64,000 nucleotides of DNA from a phage: sequence record PZ386965.1; one strand, written 5' to 3'. The first letter of the stretch is position 1; each line of letters opens with the position of its first letter. Under the pieces are notes generated by a model. It saw nothing but the letters and a program-made list of their open reading frames with translations. It was not told the DNA's origin and searched no databases. Shown piece after piece: positions 11,435 to 23,467 of the stretch. Both the position numbers and the translations under genes were made by a program.

Positions 11435-13726
11435 TTAAAGCTTACAAGCAGAACAATCTTCAGCTTTAGGTGTTTCTAATTCATAGTCATCTGTACCTGA
11501 CCCATCACGAGTGTTATGATAGTAGAGATTTTTTCCGCCAAAGTACCAGAAGTAAAGCAGATCGTCAAGCATTACCGACATTGGCACTTTACCTTTCTCA
11601 AATACTGCAGGGTCATAGTAAGTATTAGCAGAAGCAGACTGGCACACCCATTTCAACATGATAGCAACTTGGGTCAAATAAGGTTTATTACCTTTCTTAG
11701 CAAGTTTCCACGCATAGTCGTAAAGACTCATGTTATGTTCGATATTAGGAACAACCTGTCGGAAGTTGCCTTCTTTAGATTCTTTAATACTTACTGGGCC
11801 GCGTGGTGGCTCAATCCCGTTTGTAGAGTTAGATACTTGACTGCTTGACTCACAAGGCATGAGTGCAGACAACGTTGAGTTACGAATTCCGTGTTCTTTG
11901 AGTTCAGCTCGAAGTTCTTCCCAGTCACAGACGTAGTTCGGGGCTGCGATTTGGTCAATCTTTTTATTGTACCAGTCGATAGGTAATTCGCCTCTAGACC
12001 ATTTAGTGTCTGAATAATACTCACAAGGTCCTTTTTCTTTGGCGAGTTTGATTGAAGCTTTGATAAGGCCATATTGCAATCTCTCAAACAATTCATGAGT
12101 CAAATCGTTAGCGTCTTCATATGAAGCAAAGTTAGAAGCTAACCATGCAGCATAGTTCGTAACACCAACACCGAGATTTCGACGTTTTTTAGCTTTTAAA
12201 GCTTCTGGAACCGGATAATCTTGATAGTCTAACAGGTTATCAAGTGCACGTACTTGTACTTCAGCAAGTTCATTAATTTTATCTTGGTCTTGCCAATCAA
12301 ATTTATCAAGAACAAAAGCGGATAACGTGCATAAACCAATTTCAGCATCATGGCCATTCACATCATTAGTTGGAATAGCGATTTCACAACATAAGTTACT
12401 CTGACGAATTGGAGCTTTTTCACGAATAAACGGAGTGTAGTTATTCGTGTTATCAACAAACTGTGGATAAATTCGAGCAGTACCAGAACGTTCAGTCATG
12501 AACAATTCAAAGAGTTCTAATGCTTTGATTCTTTTCTTTCTGATTGTTGGGTCTTTTTCAGCTTTCTCATAAAGCTCACGGAATTTATCTTGATCTTCAA
12601 AGAACGAGTAATATAGTTCGCCTGACATTTCGTGAGGGCTAAATAAAGTAATATAATCATTTTTACCAAGGCGTTCCATCATGAGGTCATTAATCTGAAT
12701 TCCGTAGTCCATATGTCGAATACGGTTTTCATCCACGCCTTTGTTATTTTTCAGAACTAATAGGTTCTCTACTTCTAAGTGCCACATCGGATAATACGCT
12801 GTAGCAGCACCACCACGAATACCACCTTGAGAACAAGATTTTACTGCAGTTTGGAAATGTTTCCAGAATGGAATAACACCTGTATGTCGAACTTCACCCA
12901 TACCGATCTTAGAACCTTCTGCACGAAGCATACCAACGTTGATACCGATACCAGCTCGTTTAGAAATATATTCAATAATTGATGCTGAAGTTTTGTTAAT
13001 AGATTTTAACGAATCACCGGCTTCAATAACTACACAACTAGAGAACTGGCGAGTTGGAGTACGAGCACCTGCCATAATTGGAGTAGGCAACGAAACTTGA
13101 TGAGTAGAAACGGCATCATAAAAACGAATAATATGTTTCAAACGGTCATGAGTTTCGTCTTGATGTAAGGCCATACCAATAGCCATGATAGCAAACTGGG
13201 GAGTTTCATAAATCTTACCAGTTGTTTTATCTTTAACCAAGTATTTTTCTTTAAGCTGCATAGCACCAGCATAAGTCAGGTCAAAATCTCGCTCGTGTTT
13301 AATCTGAGAATCAAGATAAATGATTTCTTCTGCAGAATATCTAGACAACAACTCGGGATCGTATTTGCCTTCATTAACACAATACGAGATATGGTCGATA
13401 AAAGCAGGAGGTTCAAACTGTCCATATACATCTTTACGAAGTGCAAACATTAATCCTTTAGCGGCGACATATTGATAATCAGGTTCTTCGACAGAAATCG
13501 AGTTAGCTGCAACTTTAATACAAATCTTCTGGATATCTTTGGTGCTCATCCCATCGACAAGATGGGTCTTAATTTCTTCATACAATTCATATGGGTCGAT
13601 TTGTGTTCCTTCACATTGCCAAGTTAAGACTTGAATAATTTTCTGTGCATCAAAATTTTGGGATACACCACTGCTCTTAGTTACTTGCATATATTCCTCA
13701 GTATAGGTTGATAGACAATACTCCAA
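11435..13726 (-). CDS. nrdA: ribonucleotide reductase class Ia large (alpha) subunit
   Basis: 763 aa; active-site region NLCCEI and C-terminal redox Cys pair (CSACKL). Confidence 0.9.
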   Translation of the reverse strand: MEYCLSTYTEEYMQVTKSSGVSQNFDAQKIIQVLTWQCEGTQIDPYELYEEIKTHLVDGMSTKDIQKICIKVAANSISVEEPDYQYVAAKGLMFALRKDVYGQFEPPAFIDHISYCVNEGKYDPELLSRYSAEEIIYLDSQIKHERDFDLTYAGAMQLKEKYLVKDKTTGKIYETPQFAIMAIGMALHQDETHDRLKHIIRFYDAVSTHQVSLPTPIMAGARTPTRQFSSCVVIEAGDSLKSINKTSASIIEYISKRAGIGINVGMLRAEGSKIGMGEVRHTGVIPFWKHFQTAVKSCSQGGIRGGAATAYYPMWHLEVENLLVLKNNKGVDENRIRHMDYGIQINDLMMERLGKNDYITLFSPHEMSGELYYSFFEDQDKFRELYEKAEKDPTIRKKRIKALELFELFMTERSGTARIYPQFVDNTNNYTPFIREKAPIRQSNLCCEIAIPTNDVNGHDAEIGLCTLSAFVLDKFDWQDQDKINELAEVQVRALDNLLDYQDYPVPEALKAKKRRNLGVGVTNYAAWLASNFASYEDANDLTHELFERLQYGLIKASIKLAKEKGPCEYYSDTKWSRGELPIDWYNKKIDQIAAPNYVCDWEELRAELKEHGIRNSTLSALMPCESSSQVSNSTNGIEPPRGPVSIKESKEGNFRQVVPNIEHNMSLYDYAWKLAKKGNKPYLTQVAIMLKWVCQSASANTYYDPAVFEKGKVPMSVMLDDLLYFWYFGGKNLYYHNTRDGSGTDDYELETPKAEDCSACKL

Positions 13727-13777
13727 ACGGGATAGTATTTATCCCGTTAATTTATTATACACTTTTAAACTGAAGCG

Positions 13778-14032
13778 TTAATTATCCTCAGCAATAATTT
13801 CTTCATATTCTTTAGGAGTCAAGACTGTAATATCGAAATAAACCAGAGGCTCTTTTTCCATACCGAATCCACCACAGAATTCACGATATTCATAAATTCG
13901 TTCATGTGAATGGCAAATGAATCGTTCACCTTTAACTGTGATTTCACTATTCGGTGAAGGGATATCCAGTTCACTTGGATTTTTCATTTCAAAAATTGTG
14001 GTGCCATATGAATTAATAAAACGTAAAATCAT
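13778..14032 (-). CDS. hypothetical protein (nrdA.1-like by position)
   Basis: ORF 13778-14095 trimmed to internal start so it abuts td stop. Confidence 0.4.
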   Translation of the reverse strand: MILRFINSYGTTIFEMKNPSELDIPSPNSEITVKGERFICHSHERIYEYREFCGGFGMEKEPLVYFDITVLTPKEYEEIIAEDN

Positions 14033-14033
14033 T

Positions 14034-15729
<1,696 letters not shown>

Positions 15730-15792
15730 TTTATTCTCCTCTTCACTTTTATTTTATAGGGCTACTATAACATAGCCCTATCTTGTTATAAA

Positions 15793-16185
15793 CTACTTTT
15801 TAAAAGTTTTTTGCAAAAGTTTGATGATTTCGTCGACGTTAGTTTCATCTACGATACAATGGATTTTTGTTACACCTAAAGTTATACCTTCGTTAGTAGG
15901 TTGAGGCTTTACTAAATCTACCTCAGTAAAGTATTTGAACTCGTCAGGATAAATCTCAAAATAAGTTTCAATTTCACCACCAGCAGAACATACAGTACCA
16001 TCTTCCATAGTTACACTTACTACGTTTGACGTATCGCTATCATAATCAGGTTCCATTCCGTTTACAACAAAACTGGGCCCATGGAGTTCAATCAGTTTTA
16101 ACATCTTAGCGTTATTATGTGGTGCTTCTTGAACAAAGTCGTCTTTAAATAAAGGGTTAATGATATAAGATTTTCCGATTTCCAT
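15793..16185 (-). CDS. hypothetical protein (130 aa)
   Basis: ORF track; promoter motif at 16215-16243. Confidence 0.45.
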   Translation of the reverse strand: MEIGKSYIINPLFKDDFVQEAPHNNAKMLKLIELHGPSFVVNGMEPDYDSDTSNVVSVTMEDGTVCSAGGEIETYFEIYPDEFKYFTEVDLVKPQPTNEGITLGVTKIHCIVDETNVDEIIKLLQKTFKK

Positions 16186-16214
16186 TTTGATTTCCTCGTG
16201 TTGTTGATAGATCT

Positions 16215-16243
16215 ATATTAACACATCCAGGGAAGAAGTAAAC
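16215..16243 (-). promoter_or_regulatory. sigma70-type early promoter
   Basis: Minus strand GTTTAC-17 nt-TAATAT then AGATC. Confidence 0.4.
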
Positions 16244-16270
16244 AACTTTTTCGGTAATTTATAGATACTC

Positions 16271-16292
16271 AAAAGGGAGACCGAAGTCTCCC
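16271..16292 (-). terminator. UUCG-tetraloop hairpin terminator after gene 32
   Basis: GGGAGAC-UUCG-GUCUCCC-UUUU on minus strand immediately past gene 32 stop. Confidence 0.55.
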
Positions 16293-16298
16293 GATTTA

Positions 16299-17201
16299 TT
16301 ATAGACCAGCTAACAGGTCATCGAGGTCGCCGTCATCAGAAGATGAGGTAGAGCTCATGAAGTCATCTTCAGTTTTTGCAGAACTAAAGGCTTCCATGTC
16401 TTTATCAAAATCGTCAAGGTCAGAAGCAACTTTATCTGCAACAGAAGCTGCTGCGGCTGCTGCACCACCAAGAGCGGCAGTACCAAGAACCTTAGCGAAA
16501 GATTCATTTAATTTTTCAAAGGATTTGAACTGGTCTTTAGCCGTCAAAGTAGTAAGGTCTACCATCTGGTCATATAGTTCTTTCTGGAATGCTTCGTCAT
16601 TAATACGAGGAATTTCAGATTGACCCAAGAATTTAGATTCGTCGTAGTTGCTAAAACCAGAAACCTGCTTAGCTTTCAGAACGAAGTTGGCACCTTCAAA
16701 CGGGCAAGTAACATCAACCGGAGTTTCACCCATTTCGGTATCAACTGCAATCATTGCATTGATTTTGTCCCAAATCTTTTTACCGAAACGATATTTAAAT
16801 ACTTTACCTTCGTTATCTGGAGCTTGAGGATCTTTAACAACCAGAATATTAGCCCAATAAGAAGTTTTACGTTTCAGTTGAGAATATTCAGCTTTGTTGG
16901 TATTGTACAGGTCATTTTTACTAATGTACTGACATACAGGACAAGAGTCATAATCACCATGTGTAGAAGAGCAATTTTCAATATACCATTTACCATTTTT
17001 CTTGAAACCATGGTTAACAAGAATTGCAAATGGTAGTGCATCATCAGTTTTTGCTGGCAGGAAACGAATTACCGCTTGACCATTACCGGATGCATCTAGC
17101 TTCAGCTTCCATTCGCCTTTATCTTCTGAAGAGAAACCTTTGTTACCATTCAGTTTAGCCATTTGAGCAGCGAGGTCAGCAGTAGATTTACGTTTAAACA
17201 T
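16299..17201 (-). CDS. 32: gp32 single-stranded DNA-binding protein
   Basis: 300 aa; [36 protein letters not shown]... and zinc site [14 protein letters not shown]; acidic C-terminus. Confidence 0.95.
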   Translation of the reverse strand: MFKRKSTADLAAQMAKLNGNKGFSSEDKGEWKLKLDASGNGQAVIRFLPAKTDDALPFAILVNHGFKKNGKWYIENCSSTHGDYDSCPVCQYISKNDLYNTNKAEYSQLKRKTSYWANILVVKDPQAPDNEGKVFKYRFGKKIWDKINAMIAVDTEMGETPVDVTCPFEGANFVLKAKQVSGFSNYDESKFLGQSEIPRINDEAFQKELYDQMVDLTTLTAKDQFKSFEKLNESFAKVLGTAALGGAAAAAASVADKVASDLDDFDKDMEAFSSAKTEDDFMSSTSSSDDGDLDDLLAGL

Positions 17202-17273
17202 GGATTATTACCTTTTATTTAGATTATTTAATTTATTTACAGTTGGTTGCTACGACACTTATACCTCGTAGCT
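17202..17273 (-). promoter_or_regulatory. gene 32 5' leader: candidate autoregulatory translational operator
   Basis: A/U-rich leader with repeated AAATAA elements, preceded by a 7-bp stem hairpin (GCTACGA...TCGTAGC); assignment by analogy to T4. Confidence 0.4.
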
Positions 17274-17282
17274 GGTATGATT

Positions 17283-17290
17283 TATTTATA
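17283..17290 (-). promoter_or_regulatory. possible late promoter TATAAATA (gene 32)
   Basis: TATAAATA on minus strand about 80 nt upstream of gene 32. Confidence 0.35.
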
Positions 17291-17319
17291 AAGTAATTTT
17301 AACACACAAGAAATAAAGC

Positions 17320-17973
17320 TTAATACTTACATGATTTGATTGTTTCTATGAACAATTTCTTAGCAGCATTTCTGTCGATTTGAAGTATTTTTCGATATGC
17401 CTTTAATTTGGTAGAATAATTTTGCCAGACTAAGTTATCGGTGAGTTCGTCGTGCTTATCTATAATATTCAAAAATGAGTCCAACAATAAGAAAGTCTCA
17501 AATGAAATTATATTGCTTTGTAGCAATTTGAATATGTAGCTCGACTGAACTTTATTATTATAATCAAATATCTCTTGAAGCGCACTAACTTCCACTTTCT
17601 TACTGAAATAGTAGATGTTACGTACGTCTTCAGCAAACGTCTCCTTGGCTTGTTTGAGACGTCCAATATATTCCCTATAGAAAACTAATGCATCAGCGTC
17701 TGATATCTCACCAATCCATGCGTCTTGGTTAGCAACTAAGTTGCTTATGAATATCAAGGTGAGTTCCTTCAATTTATATTTCTCTGCTAGTTTTTCAAAG
17801 AAATATTTATCTCGGCGTTTTTGATACGCATTATCCGAAACACGCATGCACCAGTTATATTTGATTACGTCATACCGACCATTAAAATGTTGTTTGCACA
17901 TCAAGTATAGTTTGTATACCGATTTTCCGTTAATATAACGTTCTCCATCAGGAGGCATGCGTATTTTAATCAT
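17320..17973 (-). CDS. 59: gp59 helicase loader
   Basis: 217 aa; MIKIRMPPDGERYINGKSVYKLYLM... matches T4 gp59. Confidence 0.85.
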   Translation of the reverse strand: MIKIRMPPDGERYINGKSVYKLYLMCKQHFNGRYDVIKYNWCMRVSDNAYQKRRDKYFFEKLAEKYKLKELTLIFISNLVANQDAWIGEISDADALVFYREYIGRLKQAKETFAEDVRNIYYFSKKVEVSALQEIFDYNNKVQSSYIFKLLQSNIISFETFLLLDSFLNIIDKHDELTDNLVWQNYSTKLKAYRKILQIDRNAAKKLFIETIKSCKY

Positions 17974-18308
17974 AATAAGAAATCTAACGTATTAGTTTTT
18001 TCACCACGAGCAACTGATGGGCGAAGCATATTTTCGTCAATTGCTTCGCTTGTAATTTTTTCAACAATTCCTGTAGGAATAAATTTAGCAAATTGTGTTT
18101 CTGGGATAGAATTTTCTTCCAAGAAAGCAGTTGTTGCTTCTAAATAAGACATACCAAATTGTTCAACCATGGATTCGATAATGAATCCGTTTTCTTGTCG
18201 GTCAAGCAATTTAGCGATATCATCTTTATCGTGTTTTACTGCTAATTCTTGTTCAGATAAACCGGCCTCATCAACCGGTTTAATATCACTTAGTGAAAAC
18301 TGTGTCAT
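17970..18308 (-). CDS. 33: gp33 late transcription co-activator
   Basis: 112 aa acidic protein between 59 and dsbA. Confidence 0.75.
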   Translation of the reverse strand: MTQFSLSDIKPVDEAGLSEQELAVKHDKDDIAKLLDRQENGFIIESMVEQFGMSYLEATTAFLEENSIPETQFAKFIPTGIVEKITSEAIDENMLRPSVARGEKTNTLDFLL

Positions 18309-18555
18309 AAAGCTCGACTACCTCTTCGTTTTCAGCTTCAAATTGGTCACGAGCGTCTTTATGATAAAGAGCTAACAAACGATTAAACATTTTTCCATCG
18401 ACGCCAAGTTCTTCTTTAGCACGAGTACGAATGTCTTTAATCAGTTCATTATAACCAGAAATTTTAAGTTTGTTATCGGAAGCTTCCTTGACTAGTTTAG
18501 CCAGTTCTTCACCATGCACATCTTGATTAAATTCAACTGCTTCTTTCTTAGCCAT
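18286..18555 (-). CDS. dsbA: dsDNA-binding protein DsbA (late transcription enhancer)
   Basis: ORF 18286-18573 trimmed to MAKKEAVEF start (89 aa), abutting rnh stop. Confidence 0.7.
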   Translation of the reverse strand: MAKKEAVEFNQDVHGEELAKLVKEASDNKLKISGYNELIKDIRTRAKEELGVDGKMFNRLLALYHKDARDQFEAENEEVVELYDTVFTK

Positions 18556-18562
18556 GTTTACC

Positions 18563-19480
18563 TCAGAATTCATTAATTACACTTGTTAATTTAGAAAGAC
18601 CAGATTTTACAAAGTATGAATAAATCTTGCCTTTAGGTTGTTGTTTATACGAGTTATAATACTCTATAATGGTTGAAGCAATATTATCAGGGATATAATC
18701 AAAATCAATGAGAACCAAATTTTCTTGATACCGTTTATATTCTTCTGCACTTAATAATACTTCAGCTTGAGAACGGTCGTTAGCAATTGCTTCAATAATC
18801 GTTGTTTTCATGCTTGGAGTTCGTTCACCATCAACTCTGGTAAACCAGAAGTCACCACGAACTCGAACAGATGCAACACCATCCTTACGGTCGCCTTTAA
18901 GAATTTTAGTCATGCAATCAATTTCAGCAGAACCGTTCTTAATTTTAACCCATTTTTTCTGTGGTGGCGACCACTGTTTAACGTTAGGGTATTTGTGTAA
19001 TTGTGTAAAGTCACCATCTGATGCAACAATACATACTTTATGTCCAGCTAATGACAAATATTTAGTTAATACACCGATATGGTCATCCGCTTCATACTTG
19101 TCAATATCCATTACAACGTATGGCATGTATTTCTTAATCTCATCAACAACTTGATGGAGTGCAGTAAAATATCCTTCCCAATCCCACTTTGAAGCTTCAC
19201 GATCGGTTTTACGATTTTTCTTGTAATAGTAAGCAAAATCACGTCGCCAATAACCTGAAGTAGCATTATCCATACACAATACAAATTTTGTATAGCCTTG
19301 CTTACGGAACATCACTACGTTTTTACGAATTGAATTCAAGATTACATGTCGAACCATTGGAACAGTAATTTTATCGCCGTCTTCAAAGTTGTTTAATGCG
19401 GCTGCTAATGCAATGTTACTAAAGTCGGCAAGTGCAATACCTTCTTTGTAATCTTCATCCAACATCATTTCTAAATCCAT
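18563..19480 (-). CDS. rnh: RNase H (5'-3' exonuclease, FEN family)
   Basis: 305 aa; MDLEMMLDEDYKEG... and ...KYEADDHIG...SDGDFTQL acidic active-site motifs. Confidence 0.9.
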   Translation of the reverse strand: MDLEMMLDEDYKEGIALADFSNIALAAALNNFEDGDKITVPMVRHVILNSIRKNVVMFRKQGYTKFVLCMDNATSGYWRRDFAYYYKKNRKTDREASKWDWEGYFTALHQVVDEIKKYMPYVVMDIDKYEADDHIGVLTKYLSLAGHKVCIVASDGDFTQLHKYPNVKQWSPPQKKWVKIKNGSAEIDCMTKILKGDRKDGVASVRVRGDFWFTRVDGERTPSMKTTIIEAIANDRSQAEVLLSAEEYKRYQENLVLIDFDYIPDNIASTIIEYYNSYKQQPKGKIYSYFVKSGLSKLTSVINEF

Positions 19481-19512
19481 ATGAACCTCTTGTTCAGTTA
19501 GTCAACTTGACT

Positions 19513-19542
19513 ATAGTAACACACTCATTTGAAAGCGTAAAC
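19513..19542 (-). promoter_or_regulatory. sigma70-type early promoter (rnh), divergent from gene 34 late promoter
   Basis: Minus strand GTTTAC-18 nt-TACTAT. Confidence 0.4.
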
Positions 19543-19545
19543 TGG

Positions 19546-19553
19546 TATAAATA
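19546..19553 (+). promoter_or_regulatory. late promoter TATAAATA (gene 34)
   Basis: Exact TATAAATA about 30 nt upstream of gene 34 ATG. Confidence 0.55.
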
Positions 19554-19583
19554 AGTATTATTGAAACAATAAAGGAAAAACGA

Positions 19584-22500
19584 ATGGCCGACATCAAACG
19601 TAAGTTCAGAGCCGAAGACGGTCTGGACGCCGGTGGCGACAAGATTGTTAACGTAGCATTAGCCGACCGTACAGTAGGTACTGATGGCGTAAACGTTGAC
19701 TTCCTGGTACAAGAAAACACCGTTCAAGTATATGATTCTACGCGTGGATACAACAAAGGATTTGTTGTTCTTTATGACAACCGTTTATACCAAGCAATAA
19801 ATGATATCGTGTCTCCTTCCGGGGCATTTAACCTTTTACAATGGCGTGCAGTTCGTACAGATGCACAATGGATAACTGTCGCTTCTGGGACTTATCAACT
19901 TTCTTCAGGTGAATCGATTTCGGTTAACACTGGTGCCGGCAATGATATGGTTTTTACATTGCCAAATACTCCAGTTGATGGTGATACTGTTGTTTTGGCT
20001 GATATTGGTGGAAGAACCGGGACAGTTAAAGTACAGATTAACGCGTCTGTGCAAAGTATTTTAAACTTTAGAGGCGAACAAGTTCGTACAGTTTTAATGA
20101 CGCGCCCACGTTCACAACTATTGTTTGTGTTTAGTAATCGTTTGTGGCAGATGTATATTACCGATTATGGTAAAGAATCAATCACTGTTACACCTGCGTC
20201 ACCATATCAAGCACAAGCAAATGATTTTATCGTTCGTCGTTTTACTAGTGCAGCACCAATCAACATTACACTTCCACGTAATGCTAACAATGGTGATATA
20301 ATCAGCCTAGTCGATTTAGATAGATTAAACCCACTGTATCATACAATTGTTAAAACATTTGATGATACAACGTCTATTGGTGAAGTCGGGACTCATATTG
20401 CCGAAGGCAGAAATGACTCTGACGCGTTTTTTGTTTTTGATGCTGCAAATAGTTTATGGCGTATATGGGAAGGCGACCAGAAATCGCGTCTTCGTATTAT
20501 CCGTGCGGATTCAAATATTCGTCCAAATGAAGAAGTTCTTATTTTTGGCACAAATAACATTACTACAGGAACTATTAATCTTACGCTGCCTTCGGGAATT
20601 TTGAGTGGTGACACTGTTAAAATTTCAATGAACTACATGCGTAAAGGCCAAACAGTAAAAATTAAAGCTGCCGAAGGTGATACAATTGCTTCTTCTGTTG
20701 CATTGCTTCAGTTCCCTAAACGTTCTGAATATCCACCTGATGCTCAATGGGTCTCTGTTACTGAACTAGAATTCAATGGCACTACGTCATATGTTCCTGT
20801 ATTAGAATTAGCGTATATCGAAGACACCATTGCTGGTACACGTTATTGGGTTGTGCAACAGAATGTCCCTACGGTAGAACGTGTTGATGCTGGAACTGAT
20901 GCTACACGAGCTCGTTTAGGTGTTATTGCTCTTGCTACTCAAGAGCAAGCAAATGTTGATTTAGAGAATACTCCAGCTAAAGAAGTGGCTATTACTCCTG
21001 AAACGTTGGCAAATCGTACAGCAACTGAAGCTCGACGTGGTATCGCTAAAATTGCTACAACAGCACAAGTTAACCAGAATTCCACAGCAGCATTTGTGGA
21101 CGATACTATTGTTACGCCTAAAAAATTAAATGAGCGTACAGCAACTGAAACTCGTCGTGGTCTTGCTGAAATTGCTACTCAGGTTGAAACCGATGCTGGT
21201 CTTGATGACACAACGATTATTACACCTAAGAAATTACAGGCACGTCAGGGTTCTGAAACACTGTCTGGTATAGTTAAATATGTATCAACTACTTCTGCTA
21301 CTCCTGCTGAAACTCGTGGGGCTGCAGGCACTAACGTTTATAATAAAACCGTAAATAATTTAACTATTTCTCCTAAAGCCCTTGACCAATATAAAGCAAC
21401 TTATGCTCAACAAGGTGCAGTAATTTTAGCTGTTGATAGTGAAGTAATTGCTGGTCAATCACAAGCAGGTTATTCTCATGCTGTAGTAACTCCTGAAACA
21501 CTACATAAGAAAACTTCTACTGATGGACGTATTGGTTTAATTGAAATTGCTACGCAAGCAGAAACTAATGCTGGGACTGATTATACACGTGCAGTAACGC
21601 CTAAGACGTTAAATGATAGGAAAGCTACGGAAGGATTATCCGGCATAGCCGAAATTGCTACGCAAGTTGAATTTGATACTGGAACTGATGATACTCGTAT
21701 CTCGACTCCACTGAAAATTAAAACTCATTTTGATTCTTCTGACCGTACCAGTGTTAATTCTGATTCCGGACTTATTGAAGAAGGAACCTTGTGGAACCAT
21801 TATACTCTTGATATTTCTAAAGCAAATGAAACACAACGTGGTACACTTCGCGTAGCGACCCAGGCAGAATCTAATGCTGGGACTTTAGATGATGTTCTTA
21901 TTACTCCTAAAAAGCTTTTAGGGACTAAGTCCACTGAAACGTCTGAAGGCGTAATTAAGGTTGCTACTCAGGCTGAAACTGTAACAGGAACTTCTGCTAA
22001 TACTGCTGTATCTCCTAAGAATTTAAAATGGATTGTCCAGAACGAACCAACATGGGCTGCTACTACAGCAATTCGTGGATTCGTTAAAACTTCATCCGGT
22101 TCTATTACATTCGTTGGTAATGATACAGTTGGTTCAACACAACCTTTAGAATCATATGAAAAAAATAGCTATGCTATATCTCCATATGAATTAAACCGTG
22201 TACTTGCTAACTATTTGCCATTAAAAGCAAAAGCTGCTGACGCAAATTTATTAGATGGCCTAGATTCATCTCAGTTTATTCGTAGGGATATTGCACAGAC
22301 GGTTAATGGTTCACTAACCTTAACCCAACAAACGAATCTGAGTGCCCCTCTTGTATCATCTAGTACTGCTACGTTTGGTGGTTCGGTATCTGCTAATAGT
22401 ACATTAACTATTTCTAACTCTGGAACAGCTACTCGACTGATTTTTGAGAAAGGACCTCAAACTGGAACTAACCCAGCACAGACGATGACTATCAGAGTTT

Positions 22501-23459
22501 GGGGAAATGAATTTGGTGGTGGTTCAGATACAACACGTTCTACTGTATTTGAAGTTGGTGATGAAACGTCTAATCATTTTTATTCTCAACGTAATAAAGA
22601 TGGGAATATAGCGTTTAGCATTAATGGTACTGTAATGCCAATAAACATTAATGCTTCCGGCTTGATGAATGTGAATGGTGTTGCAACATTTGGTCGTTCA
22701 GTTACAGCCAATGGTGAATTCATTAGCAAGTCTGCAAATGCTTTCAGAGCAATTAGTGGTGATTACGGATTCTTTATTCGTAATGATGCTGCTAATACCT
22801 ATTTTATGCTCACTGCAGCTGGTGATCAGACCGGTGGATTTAATGGATTACGTCCTTTAGCTATTAATAATGCATCTGGTCAAGTAACGATTGGTGAAAG
22901 CTTAATCATTGCTAAAGGTGCTACTATAAATTCAGGTGGTTTAACTGTTAACTCGAGAATTCGTTCTCAGGGTTCTAAAACTGCTGATTTATACACTCGT
23001 GCTCCTACTGCTGATACAGTCGGATTCTGGTCAATCGATATTAACGATTCAGCCACTTATAATCAGTTCCCGGGTTATTTTAAAATGGTTGAAAAAACTA
23101 ATGAAGTGACTGGGCTTCCATACTTAGAACGTGGCGAAGAAGTTAAATCTCCTGGTACATTGACTCAGTTTGGTAATACACTTGATTCACTTTACCAAGA
23201 TTGGATTACTTATCCAACAACTCCAGAAGCACGTACAACCCGTTGGACACGTACATGGCAGAAAACCAAAAATTCTTGGTCAAGTTTTGTTCAAGTATTT
23301 GATGGTGGAAACCCTCCTCAACCTTCTGATATCGGTGCTTTACCTTCTGATAATGCAACAATCGGAAACTTGACAATAAGAGATTTCTTAAGGATTGGTA
23401 ATGTCCGCATTATTCCAGACCCTGTGAATAAATCTGTTAAATTCGAGTGGATTGAATAA
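19584..23459 (+). CDS. 34: gp34 long tail fiber proximal subunit
   Basis: 1291 aa; MADIKRKFRAEDGLDAGGDKIVNVALADR... and repeated ATExRRG(I/L)AxIAT motifs; TATAAATA late promoter upstream. Confidence 0.9.
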   Translation: MADIKRKFRAEDGLDAGGDKIVNVALADRTVGTDGVNVDFLVQENTVQVYDSTRGYNKGFVVLYDNRLYQAINDIVSPSGAFNLLQWRAVRTDAQWITVASGTYQLSSGESISVNTGAGNDMVFTLPNTPVDGDTVVLADIGGRTGTVKVQINASVQSILNFRGEQVRTVLMTRPRSQLLFVFSNRLWQMYITDYGKESITVTPASPYQAQANDFIVRRFTSAAPINITLPRNANNGDIISLVDLDRLNPLYHTIVKTFDDTTSIGEVGTHIAEGRNDSDAFFVFDAANSLWRIWEGDQKSRLRIIRADSNIRPNEEVLIFGTNNITTGTINLTLPSGILSGDTVKISMNYMRKGQTVKIKAAEGDTIASSVALLQFPKRSEYPPDAQWVSVTELEFNGTTSYVPVLELAYIEDTIAGTRYWVVQQNVPTVERVDAGTDATRARLGVIALATQEQANVDLENTPAKEVAITPETLANRTATEARRGIAKIATTAQVNQNSTAAFVDDTIVTPKKLNERTATETRRGLAEIATQVETDAGLDDTTIITPKKLQARQGSETLSGIVKYVSTTSATPAETRGAAGTNVYNKTVNNLTISPKALDQYKATYAQQGAVILAVDSEVIAGQSQAGYSHAVVTPETLHKKTSTDGRIGLIEIATQAETNAGTDYTRAVTPKTLNDRKATEGLSGIAEIATQVEFDTGTDDTRISTPLKIKTHFDSSDRTSVNSDSGLIEEGTLWNHYTLDISKANETQRGTLRVATQAESNAGTLDDVLITPKKLLGTKSTETSEGVIKVATQAETVTGTSANTAVSPKNLKWIVQNEPTWAATTAIRGFVKTSSGSITFVGNDTVGSTQPLESYEKNSYAISPYELNRVLANYLPLKAKAADANLLDGLDSSQFIRRDIAQTVNGSLTLTQQTNLSAPLVSSSTATFGGSVSANSTLTISNSGTATRLIFEKGPQTGTNPAQTMTIRVWGNEFGGGSDTTRSTVFEVGDETSNHFYSQRNKDGNIAFSINGTVMPININASGLMNVNGVATFGRSVTANGEFISKSANAFRAISGDYGFFIRNDAANTYFMLTAAGDQTGGFNGLRPLAINNASGQVTIGESLIIAKGATINSGGLTVNSRIRSQGSKTADLYTRAPTADTVGFWSIDINDSATYNQFPGYFKMVEKTNEVTGLPYLERGEEVKSPGTLTQFGNTLDSLYQDWITYPTTPEARTTRWTRTWQKTKNSWSSFVQVFDGGNPPQPSDIGALPSDNATIGNLTIRDFLRIGNVRIIPDPVNKSVKFEWIE

Positions 23460-23467
23460 GAGGTATT

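Noticed and set aside
20347-20614. Plus and minus ORFs nested inside gene 34 (also 21636-21836, 22675-22860, 23170-23509) and inside gene 37 (26346-26561, 27098-27373)
   Set aside because: Embedded in long, clearly coding tail-fiber genes; no independent signals.
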